Positions 53,001 through 64,000 of a stretch of 64,000 nucleotides of DNA are shown in pieces; positions within the stretch are counted from its first letter, which is position 1, and the number at the start of each line of letters is the position of its first letter. A program made the translations under genes and the position numbers. This DNA comes from Antedon mediterranea (Eukaryota; Animalia; Echinodermata), in NCBI RefSeq assembly GCF_964355755.1, contig NC_092679.1, positions 9,268,201-9,332,200 on the forward strand, in the 5' to 3' direction. Below the pieces are notes generated by a model, which saw nothing but the letters and a program-made list of their open reading frames with translations, was not told where the DNA came from and ran no database searches.

Positions 53001-56000
53001 ATGTCTCCAAATGCGATTTGAAGCTATTCTAAGCACTTTGGTGTTTTTATGGAAACAATTTTTTTCGAAAATCACAAAATGGTCTAAAACGTCTCCAATA
53101 GCAATTTGAAGCTTTTCTTTACACTTTGGTGTTTTTATGTTAACAAGTTTTTTCGAAAATCACAAAATGATCTAAAACGTCTCCAAATGCGATTTGAAGC
53201 TATTCTGTACACTTTGATGTTTTTATGTTAACAAGTTTTTTCGAAAATCACAAAATGTTCTAAAACGTCTACAAATGCAATTTGAAGCTATTCTAAGCAC
53301 TTTTGTGTTTTTATGTTAACAAGTTTTTTCGAAAATCACAAAATGGTCTAAAACGTCTGCAAATGCGATTTGAAATTATTCTTAGCACATTGGTGTTTTT
53401 ATTTAAACAAATTTTTTCGAAACTCACAAAATGGTCTAAAACGTCTCCAAATGCGATTTGAAGCTATTTTAAGCACTTTGGTGTTTTTGTGTTAACAAGT
53501 TTTTCGAAATGCTCAAAATGGTCTAAAACGTTTTTAAACACGATATTAAGCTATTTTGTGCTCTTTGGTGTTTTTTTGTGAAAAGTTTTAGCAAAATGCT
53601 CAAAATGGTCTAAAACGATTTCTAATGTGATTTTAAGCACTTTGATGTTTTTATGTTAACTAGTTTTTTCGAAAATCACAAAATGGTCTAAAACGTCTCC
53701 AAATGCGATTTGAAGCTATTTTAAGCACTTAGGTGCTTTTGTGTAACCAAGTTTTTTTGAAAATCACAAAAGGGTCTAAAATGTCTCCAAATGTGATTTG
53801 AAGCTATTTTAAGCACTTTGGTGTTTTTGTGTTAACAAGTTTTTCGGAAATCACAAAATTGTCTAAAACGTCTCCAAATGCGATTTGAAGCTATTCTGTA
53901 CACTTTGATGTTTTTATGTTAACAAGTTTTTTAGAAAATCACAAAATGGTCTAAAACATCTCCAAATGCGATTTAAAGCTATTTTAAGCACTTTGGTGTT
54001 TTTATGTTAACAAGTTTTTTCGAAAATCACAAAATGGTCTAAAACGTCTCCAAATGCGATTTGAAGCTATTTTAAGCACTTGGGTGTTTTTGTGTTAACA
54101 AGTTTTTCGAAATGCTCAAAATGGTCTAAAACGTTTCCAAATGCGATTTGAAGCTATTCTGTACACTTTGATGTTTTGTGTGAAAATTTTCTGTCGAAAT
54201 GCTCAAAATGGTCAAAAACGTTTTTAAAAACGATATTAAGCTACTTTGTGCTCTTTGATGTTTTTGTGTGAAATGTTTTATCGAAATGCTCAAAATGGTC
54301 TAAAACGGTTTCTAATGTGATTTCAAGCACTTTGATGTTTTTGTGTAACCAAGTTTTTCGAAAATCACAAAATTGTCTAAAACGTCTCCAAATGCGATTT
54401 GAAGCTATTCTGTACTCTTTGATGTTTTTATGTTAACAAGTTTTTCGAAAATCACAAAATGGTCTAAAACGTCTCCAAATGCGATTTTAAGCTATTCTAA
54501 GCACTTTGGTGTTTTTATGTTAACAAGTTTTTTTGAAATCACAAAATGGTCTAAAATGTCTCTAAATGAGATTTGAAGCTTTTCTGTACATTTTGATGTT
54601 TTTATGTTAACAAGTTTTTTCGAAAATCACAAAATGGTCTAAAATGTCTCCAAATGCGATTTGAAGCTATTCTAAGCACTTTGGTGTTTTTATGGAAACA
54701 ATTTTTTTCGAAAATCACAAAATGGTCTAAAACGTCTCCAAATGTGATTTGAAGCTATTCTGTACACTTTGATGTTTTTATGTTAGCAAGTTTTTTCGAA
54801 AATTACAAAATTGTCTAAAACGTCTACAAATGCGATTTGAAGCTAATCTGTACACTTTGATGTTTTTATGTTAACAAGTTTTTTCGAAAATCACAAAAGG
54901 GTCTAAAATGTCTCCAAATGCGATTTGAAGCTATTCTAAGCACTTTGATGTTTTTATGTTACCAAGTTTTTTCGAAAATCACAAAATGGTCTAAAACGTC
55001 TCCAATAGCGATTTTAAGCTATTCTGTACACTTTGATGTTTTTATGTTAACAAGTTTTTCGAAAATCACAAAATGGTCTAAAACGTCTCCAAATGCGATT
55101 TTAAGCTATTCTAAGCACTTTGGTGTTTTTATGTTAACAAGTTTTTTTGAAAATCACAAAATGGTCTAAAACGTCTCTAAATGCGATTTGAAGCTTTTCT
55201 GTACAATTTGATGTTTTTATGTTAACAACTTTTTTCGAAAATCACAAAATGGTCTAAAATGTCTCCAAATGCGATTTGAAGCTATTCTAAGCACTTTGGT
55301 GTTTTTATGGAAACAATTTTTTTCGAAAATCACAAAATGGTCTAAAACGTCTCCAATAGCGATTTGAAGCTTTTCTGTACACTTTGGTGTTTTTATGTTA
55401 ACAAGTTTTTTCGAAAATCACAAAATGGTCTAAAACGTCTCCAAATGCGATTTGAAGCTAATCTGTACACTTTGATGTTTTTATGTTAACAAGTTTTTTC
55501 GAAGATCACAAAATGGTCTAAAACGTCTACAAATGCAATTTGAAGCTATTCTAAGCACTTTTGTGTTTTTATGTTAACAAGTTTTTTCGAAAATCACAAA
55601 ATGGTCTAAAACGTCTGCAAATGCGATTTTAAACTATTCTTAGCACATTGGTGTTTTTATTTAAACAAATTTTTTCGAAACTCACAAAATGGTCTAAAAC
55701 GTCTCCAAATGCGATTTGAAGCTATTTTAAGCACTTTGGTGTTTTTGTGTTAACAAGTTTTTCGAAATGCTCAAAATGGTCTAAAACGTTTTTAAACACG
55801 ATATTAAGCTATTTTGTGCTCTTTGGTGTTTTTTTGTGAAAAGTTTTAGCAAAATGCTCAAAATGGTCTAAAACGATTTCTAATGTGATTTTAAGCACTT
55901 TGATGTTTTTATGTTAACTAGTTTTTTCGAAAATCACAAAATGGTCTAAAACGTCTCCAAATGCGATTTGAAGCTATTTTAAGCACTTAAGTGCTTTTGT

Positions 56001-59000
56001 GTAACCAAGTTTTTTTTAAAATCACAAAAGGGTCTAAAATGTCTCCAAATGTGATTTGAAGCTATTTTAAGCACTTTGGTGTTTTTGTGTTAACAAGTTT
56101 TTCGGAAATCACAAAATTGTCTAAAACGTCTCCAAATGCGATTTGAAGCTATTCTGTACACTTTGATGTTTTTATGTTAACAAGTTTTTTAGAAAATCAC
56201 AAAATGGTCTAAAACATCTCCAAATGCGATTTAAAGCTATTTTAAGCACTTTGGTGTTTTTATGTTAACAAGTTTTTTCGAAAATCACAAAATGGTCTAA
56301 AACGTCTCCAAATGCGATTTGAAGCTATTTTAAGCACTTTGGTGTTTTTGTGTTAACAAGTTTTTCGAAATGCTCAAAATGGTCTAAAACGTTTCCAAAT
56401 GCGATTTGAAGCTATTCTGTACACTTTGATGTTTTGTGTGAAAATTTTCTGTCGAAATGCTCAAAATGGTCAAAAACGTTTTTAAATACGATATTAAGCT
56501 ACTTTGTGCTCTTTGATGTTTTTGTGTGAAATGTTTTATCGAAATGCTCAAAATGGTCTAAAACGGTTTCTAATGTGATTTCAAGCACTTTGATGTTTTT
56601 GTGTAACCAAGTTTTTCGAAAATCACAAAATTGTCTAAAACGTCTCCAAATGCGATTTGAAGCTATTCTGTACTCTTTGATGTTTTTATGTTAACAAGTT
56701 TTTCGAAAATCACAAAATGGTCTAAAACGTCTCCAAATGCGATTTTAAGCTATTCTAAGCACTTTGGTGTTTTTATGTTAACAAGTTTTTTTGAAATCAC
56801 AAAATGGTCTAAAACGTCTCTAAATGAGATTTGAAGCTTTTCTGTACATTTTGATGTTTTTATGTTAACAAGTTTTTTCGAAAATCACAAAATGGTCTAA
56901 AATGTCTCCAAATGCGATTTGAAGCTATTCTATACACTTTGATATTTTTATGTTAGCAAGTTTTTTCGAAAATCACAAAATGGTCTAAAACGTCTACAAA
57001 TGCGATTTGAAGCTAATCTGTACACTTTGATGTTTTTATGTTAACAAGTTTTTTCGAAAATCACAAAAGGGTCTAAAATGTCTGTAAATGCGATTTGAAG
57101 CTATTTAAAGCACTTTGGTGTTTTTAGGTTAACAAGTTTTTTCGAAAATCACAAAAGGGTCTAAAATGTCTGTAAATGCGATTTGAAGCTATTTAAAGCA
57201 CTTTGGTGTTTTTAGGTTAACAAGTTTTTTCGAAAATCACAAAATGGTCTAAAACGTCTACAAATGCGATTTGAAGCTATTCTAAGCACTTTTGTGTTTT
57301 TATGTTAACAAGTTTTTTCGAAAATCACAAAATGGTCTAAAATGTCTCCAAATGCGATTTGAAGCTATTCTAAGCACTTTGGTGTTTTTATGGAAACAAT
57401 TTTTTTCGAAAATCACAAAATGGTCTAAAACGTCTCCAAATGTGATTTGAAGCTATTCTGTACACTTTGATGTTTTTATGTTAGCAAGTTTTTTCGAAAA
57501 TCACAAAATGGTCTAAAACGTCTACAAATGCGATTTGTAGCTAATCTGTACACTTTGATGTTTTTATGTTAACAAGTTTTTTCGAAAATCACAAAAGGGT
57601 CTAAAATGTCTGTAAATGCGATTTGAAGCTATTTAAAGCACTTTGGTGTTTTTAGATTAACAAGTTTTTTCGAAAATCACAAAATGGTCTAAAACGTCTA
57701 CAAATGCGATTTGAAGCTATTCTAAGCACTTTTGTGTTTTTATGTTAACAAGTTTTTTCGAAAATCACAAAATGGTCTAAAACGTCTCCAAATGCGATTT
57801 GAAGCTATTTTAAGCACTTTGGTGTTTTTGTGTTAACAAGTTTTTCGAAAATCACAAAATGGTCTAAAACGTTTCCAAATGCGATTTGAAGCTATTCTGT
57901 ACACTTTGATGTTTTGTGTGAAAATTTTCTTTCGAAATGCTCAAAATGGTCAAAAACGTTTTTAAATACGATATTAAGCTACTTTGTGCTCTTTGATGTT
58001 TTTGTGTGAAATGTTTTATCGAAATGCTCAAAATGGTCTAAAACGGTTTCTAATGTGATTTCAAGCACTTTGATGTTTTTGTGTAACCAAGTTTTTCGAA
58101 AATCACAAAATTGTCTAAAACGTCTCCAAATGCGATTTGAAGCTATTCTGTACACTTTGATGTTTTTATGTTAACAAGTTTTTCGAAAATCACAAAATGG
58201 TCTAAAACGTCTCCAAATGCGATTTGAAGCTATTCTGTACACTTTGATGTTTTTATGTTAACAAGTTTTTCGAAAATCACAAAATGGTCTAAAACGTCTC
58301 TAAATGCGATTTGAAGCTTTTCTGTACACTTTAATGTTTTTATGTTAACTTTTTTCGAAAATCACAAAATGGTCTAAATTTTCTCCAAATGCGATTTGAA
58401 GCTATTCTAAGCACTTTGATGTTTTTATGTTAACAAGTTTTTTCGAAAATCACAAAATGGTCTAAAACGTCTCCAATAGCGATTTTAAGCTATTCTGTAC
58501 ACTTTGATGTTTTTATGTTAACAAGTTTTTCGAAAATCACAAAATGGTCTAAAATGCGATTTTAAGCTATTCTAAGCACTTTGGTGTTTTTATGTTAACA
58601 AGTTTTTTTGAAAATCACAAAATGGTCTAAAACGTCTCTAAATGCGATTTGAAGCTTTTCTGTACACTTTGATGTTTTTATGTTAACAACTTTTTTCGAA
58701 AATCACAAAATGGTCTAAAATGTCTCCAAATGCGATTTGAAGCTATTCTAAGCACTTTGGTGTTTTTATGGAAACAATTTTTTTCGAAAATCACAAAATG
58801 GTCTAAAACGTCTCCAATAGCGATTTGAAGCTTTTCTGTACACTTTGGTGTTTTTATGTTAACAAGTTTTTTCGAAAATCACAAAATGGTCTAAAACGTC
58901 TCCAAATGCGATTTGAAGCTAATCTGTACACTTTGATGTTTTTATGTTAACAAGTTTTTTCGAAAATCACAAAATGGTCTAAAACGTTTCAAAATGCGAT

Positions 59001-61895
59001 TTGAAGCTTTTCTTTACACTTTGGTGTTTTTATGTTAACAAGTTTTTTCGAAAATCACAAAATGGTCTAAAACGTCTCCAAATGCGATTTGAAGCTATTC
59101 TGTACACTTTGATGTTTTTATGTTAACAAGTTTTTTCGAAGATCACAAAATTGTCTAAAACGTCTACAAATGCAATTTGAAGCTATTCTAAACACTTTTG
59201 TGTTTTTATGTTAACAAGTTTTTTTCGAAAATCACAAAATGGTCTAAAACGTCTGCAAATGCGATTTTAAACTATTCTTAGCACATTGGTGTTTTTATTT
59301 AAACAAATTTTTTCGAAACTCACAAAATGGTCTAAAACGTCTCCAAATGCGATTTGAAGCTATTTTAAGCACTTTGGTGTTTTTGTGTTAACAAGTTTTT
59401 CGAAATGCTCAAAATGGTCTAAAACGTTTTTAAACACGATATTAAGCTATTTTGTGCTCTTTGATGTTTTTTTGTGAAAAGTTTTAGCAAAATGCTCAAA
59501 ATGGTCTAAAACGATTTCTAATGTGATTTTAAGCACTTTGATGTTTTTATGTTAACTAGTTTTTTCGAAAATCACAAAATGGTCTAAAACGTCTCCAAAT
59601 GCGATTTGAAGCTATTTTAAGCACTTAGGTGCTTTTGTGTAACCAAGTTTTTTTGAAAATCACAAAAGGGTCTAAAATGTCTCCAAATGTGATTTGAAGC
59701 TATTTTAAGCAGTTTTGTGTTTTTGTGTTAACAAGTTTTTCGAAAATCACAAAATTGTCTAAAACGTCTCCAAATGCGATTTGAAGCTATTCTGTACACT
59801 TTGATGTTTTTATGTTAACAAGTTTTTTAGAAAATCACAAAATGGTCTAAAACATCTCCAAAAGCGATTTAAAGCTATTTTAAGCACTTTGGTGTTTTTA
59901 TGTTAACAAGTTTTTTCGAAAATCACAAAATGGTCTAAAACGTCTCCAAATGCGATTTGAAGCTATTTTAAGCACTTTGGTGTTTTTGTGTTAACAAGTT
60001 TTTCGAAATGCTCAAAATGGTCTAAAACGTTTCCAAATGCGATTTGAAGCTATTCTGTACACTTTGATGTTTTGTGTGAAAATTTTCTGTCGAAATGCTC
60101 AAAATGGTCAAAAACGTTTTTAAATACGATATTAAGCTACTTTGTGCTCTTTGATGTTTTTGTGTGAAATGTTTTATCGAAATGCTCAAAATGGTCTAAA
60201 ACGGTTTCTAATGTGATTTCAAGCACTTTGATGTTTTTGTGTAACCAAGTTTTTCGAAAATCACAAAATTGTCTAAAACGTCTCCAAATGCGATTTGAAG
60301 CTATTCTGTACTCTTTGATTTTTTTATTTTAACAAGTTTTTCGAAAATCACAAAATGGTCTAAAACGTCTCCAAATGCGATTTTAAGCTATTCTAAGCAC
60401 TTTGGTGTTTTTATGTTAACAAGTTTTTTTGAAAATCACAAAATGGTCTAAAACGTCTCTAAATGAGATTTGAAGCTTTTCTGTACACTTTGATGTTTTT
60501 ATGTTAACAAGTTTTTTCGAAAATCACAAAATGGTCTAAAATGTCTCCAAATGCGATTTGAAGCTATTCTAAGCACTTTGGTGTTTTTATGGAAACAATT
60601 TTTTTCGAAAATCACAAAATGGTCTAAAACGTCTCCAAATGTGATTTGAAGCTATTCTGTACACTTTGATGTTTTTATGTTAACAAGTTTTTTCGAAAAT
60701 CACAAAATGGTCTAAAACGTCTACAAATGCGATTTGAAGCTATACTGTACACTTTGATGCTTTTATGTTAACAAGTTTTTTCGAAAATCACAAAATGGTC
60801 TAAAACGTTTCCAAATGCGATTTGAAGCTATTCTGTACACTTTGATGTTTTGTGTGAAAATTTTCTGTCGAAATGCTCAAAATGGTCAAAAACGTTTTTA
60901 AATACGATATTAAGCTACTTTGTGCTCTTTGATGTTTTTGTGTGAAATGTTTTATCGAAATGCTCAAAATGGTCTAAAACGGTTTCTAATGTGATTTCAA
61001 GCACTTTGATGTTTTTGTGTAACCAAGTTTTTCGAAAATCACAAAATTGTCTAAAACGTCTCCAAATGCGATTTGAAGCTATTCTGTACACTTTGATGTT
61101 TTTATGTTAACAAGTTTTTCGAAAATCACAAAATGGTCTAAAACGTCTCCAAATGCGATTTGAAGCTATTCTGTAAACTTTGATGTTTTTATGTTAACAA
61201 GTTTTTCGAAAATCACAAAATGGTCTAAAACGTCTCTAAATGCGATTTGAAGCTTTTCTGTACACTTTGATGTTTTTATGTTAACAACTTTTTTCGAAAA
61301 TCACAAAATGGTCTAAAATGTCTCCAAATGCGATTTGAAGCTATTCTAAGCACTTTGGTGTTTTTATGTTAACAAGTTTTTTCGAAAATCACAAAATGGT
61401 CTAAAACGTCTCCAAATGCGATTTGAAGCTATTCTGTACACTTTGATGTTTTTATGTTAACAAGTTTTTTCGAAAATCACAAAATGGTCTAAAACGTCTA
61501 CAAATGCGATTTGAAGCTATTCTGTACACTTTGATGTTTTTATGTTAACAAGTTTTTTCGAAAATCACAAAATGGTCTAAAACGTTTCCAAATGCGATTT
61601 GAAGCTATTCTGTACACTTTGATGTTTTGTGTGAAAATTTTCTTTCGAAATGCTCAAAATGGTCAAAAACGTTTTTAAATACGATATTAAGCTACTTTGT
61701 GCTCTTTGATGTTTTTGTGTGAAATGTTTTATCGAAATGCTCAAAATGGTGTAAAACGGTTTCTAATGTGATTTCAAGCACTTTGATGTTTTTGTGTAAC
61801 CAAGTTTTTCGAAAATCACAAAATTGTCTAAAACGTCTCCAAATGCGATTTGAAGCTATTCTGTACACTTTGATGTTTTTATGTTAACAAGTTTT
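44601..61895. repeat. Near-identical duplicate of satellite block 1-22525 but lacking the transposon
   Basis: Offset 44,600 before the insertion (6753/51353) and 39,370 after (15548/54918). Shares private variants: TTTTTAAAAACG 14851/54221, a 10-bp deletion at 19181/58551, GGTGTAAAAC ~22378/61748. Confidence 0.92.
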
Positions 61896-64000
61896 TCGAA
61901 AATCACAAAATGGTCTAAAACGTCTCCAAATGCGATTTTAAGCTATTCTAAGCACTTTGGTGTTTTTATGTTAACAAGTTTTTTTGAAAATCACAAAATG
62001 GTCTAAAACGTCTCTAAATGCGATTTGAAGCTATTCTGTACACTTTGATGTTTTTATGTTAACAAGTTTTTTCGAAAATCACAAAATGGTCTAAAACGTC
62101 TACAAATGCGATTTGAAGCTATTCTAAGCACTTTGGTGTTTTTATGGAAACAATTTTTTTCGAAAATCACAAAATGGTCTAAAACGTTTCCAAATGCGAT
62201 TTGAAGCTATTCTGTACACTTTGATGTTTTGTGTGAAAATTTTCTGTCGAAATGCTCAAAATGGTCAAAAACGTTTTTAAATACGATATTAAGCTACTTT
62301 GTGCTCTTTGATGTTTTTGTGTGAAATGTTTTATCGAAATGCTCAAAATGGTCTAAAACGGTTTCTAATGTGATTTCAAGCACTTTGATGTTTTTGTGTA
62401 ACCAAGTTTTTTGAAAATCACAAAATTGTCTAAAACGTCTCCAAATGCGATTTGAAGCTATTCTGTACACTTTGATGTTTTTATGTTAACAAGTTTTTCG
62501 AAAATCACAAAATGGTCTAAAACGTGTCTCCAAATGCGATTTTAAGCTATTCTAAGCACTTTGGTGTTTTTATGTTAACAACTTTTTTCGAAAATCACAA
62601 AATGGTCTAAAATGTCTCCAAATGCGATTTGAAGCTATTCTAAGCACTTTGGTGTTTTTATGTTAACAAGTTTTTTCGAAAATCACAAAATGGTCTAAAA
62701 CGTCTCCAAATGCGATTTGAAGCTATTCTGTACACTTTGATGTTTTTATGTTAACAAGTTTTTTCGAAAATCACAAAATGGTCTAAAACGTCTACAAATG
62801 CGATTTGAAGCTATTCTGTACACTTTGATGTTTTTATGTTAACAAGTTTTTTCGAAAATCACAAAATGGTCTAAAACGTTTCCAAATGCGATTTGAAGCT
62901 ATTCTGTACACTTTGATGTTTTGTGTGAAAATTTTCTTTCGAAATGCTCAAAATGGTCAAAAACGTTTTTAAATACGATATTAAGCTACTTTGTGCTCTT
63001 TGATGTTTTTGTGTGAAATGTTTTATCGAAATGCTCAAAATGGTCTAAAACGGTTTCTAATGTGATTTCAAGCACTTTGATGTTTTTGTGTAACCAAGTT
63101 TTTCGAAAATCACAAAATTGTCTAAAACGTCTCCAAATGCGATTTGAAGCTATTCTGTACACTTTGATGTTTTTATGTTAACAAGTTTTTCGAAAATCAC
63201 AAAATGGTCTAAAACATCTCCAAATGCGATTTGAAGCTATTCTGTACACTTTGATGTTTTTATGTTAACAAGTTTTTCGAAAATCACAAAATGGTCTAAA
63301 ACGTCTCTAAATGCGATTTGAAGCTTTTCTGTACACTTTGATGTTTTTATGTTAACAACTTTTTTCGAAAATCACAAAATGGTCTAAAATGTCTCCAAAT
63401 GCGATTTGAAGCTATTCTAAGCACTTTGATGTTTTTATGTTACCAAGTTTTTTCGAAAATCACAAAATGGTCTAAAATGTCTCCAATAGCGATTTTAAGC
63501 TATTCTGTACACTTTGATGTTTTTATGTTAACAAGTTTTTCGAAAATCACAAAATGGTCTAAAACGTCTCCAAATGCGATTTTAAGCTATTCTAAGCACT
63601 TTGGTGTTTTTATGTTAACAAGTTTTTTTGAAAATCACAAAATGGTCTAAAACGTCTCTAAATGCGATTTGAAGCTTTTCTGTACACTTTGATGTTTTTA
63701 TGTTAACAACTTTTTTCGAAAATCACAAAATGGTCTAAAATGTCTCCAAATGCGATTTGAAGCTATTCTAAGCACTTTGGTGTTTTTATGGAAACAATTT
63801 TTTTCGAAAATCACAAAATGGTCTAAAACGTCTCCAATAGCGATTTGAAGCTTTTCTGTACACTTTGGTGTTTTTATGTTAACAAGTTTTTTCGAAAATC
63901 ACAAAATGGTCTAAAACGTCTCCAAATGCGATTTGAAGCTAATCTGTACACTTTGATGTTTTTATGTTAACAAGTTTTTTCGAAAATCACAAAATGGTCT

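Larger units (their letters stand above)
14750..64000. repeat. Satellite DNA array, 87-88 bp monomer (right of transposon; runs off window end)
   Basis: Same monomer and orientation; resumes in register after the insertion (aatg-gtctaaaacg at 14750). No other non-satellite sequence seen. Confidence 0.99.

Noticed and set aside
2429-63650. Twelve near-identical 83-103 aa ORFs (MRFEAILSTLMFLCYQVFSK...) as a multicopy gene family
   Set aside because: They are translations of three satellite monomers where a TTAAC>TTACC variant removes a stop; the peptide repeats with the monomer and shifts frame with T-run length. Useful only as HOR markers.
1-64000. CRISPR array
   Set aside because: No unique spacers; whole monomers repeat with point variants, and there are no cas genes or prokaryotic gene content.

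Overview
Eukaryotic (probably animal) heterochromatic or centromere-like window. About 92% is one AT-rich satellite with an 87-88 bp monomer, all in one orientation. It is organised into a 3,123-bp higher-order repeat, ~9-kb block duplications and a near-identical ~17-kb duplication at a 39.4-kb period. The only non-satellite sequence is a 5,226-bp DNA transposon (9524-14749). It has perfect 13-bp CAC...GTG terminal inverted repeats, a 4-bp AATG target-site duplication and a second 17-bp inverted motif spaced asymmetrically (12 vs 21 bp) from the two ends. On its minus strand are decayed transposase fragments missed by the ORF track: a RAG1-N-terminus/Chapa-like Cys/His domain and a RAG1/Transib/Chapaev-like H-x4-H...EQGGE C-terminus. 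It also carries four ~640-bp internal tandem repeats. The best call is a non-autonomous Chapaev-type (RAG-related) element. Its exact empty site is present in the duplicated satellite block at 54120-54123. All supplied ORFs look spurious. All alignments and translations were done by eye and no database searches were run.
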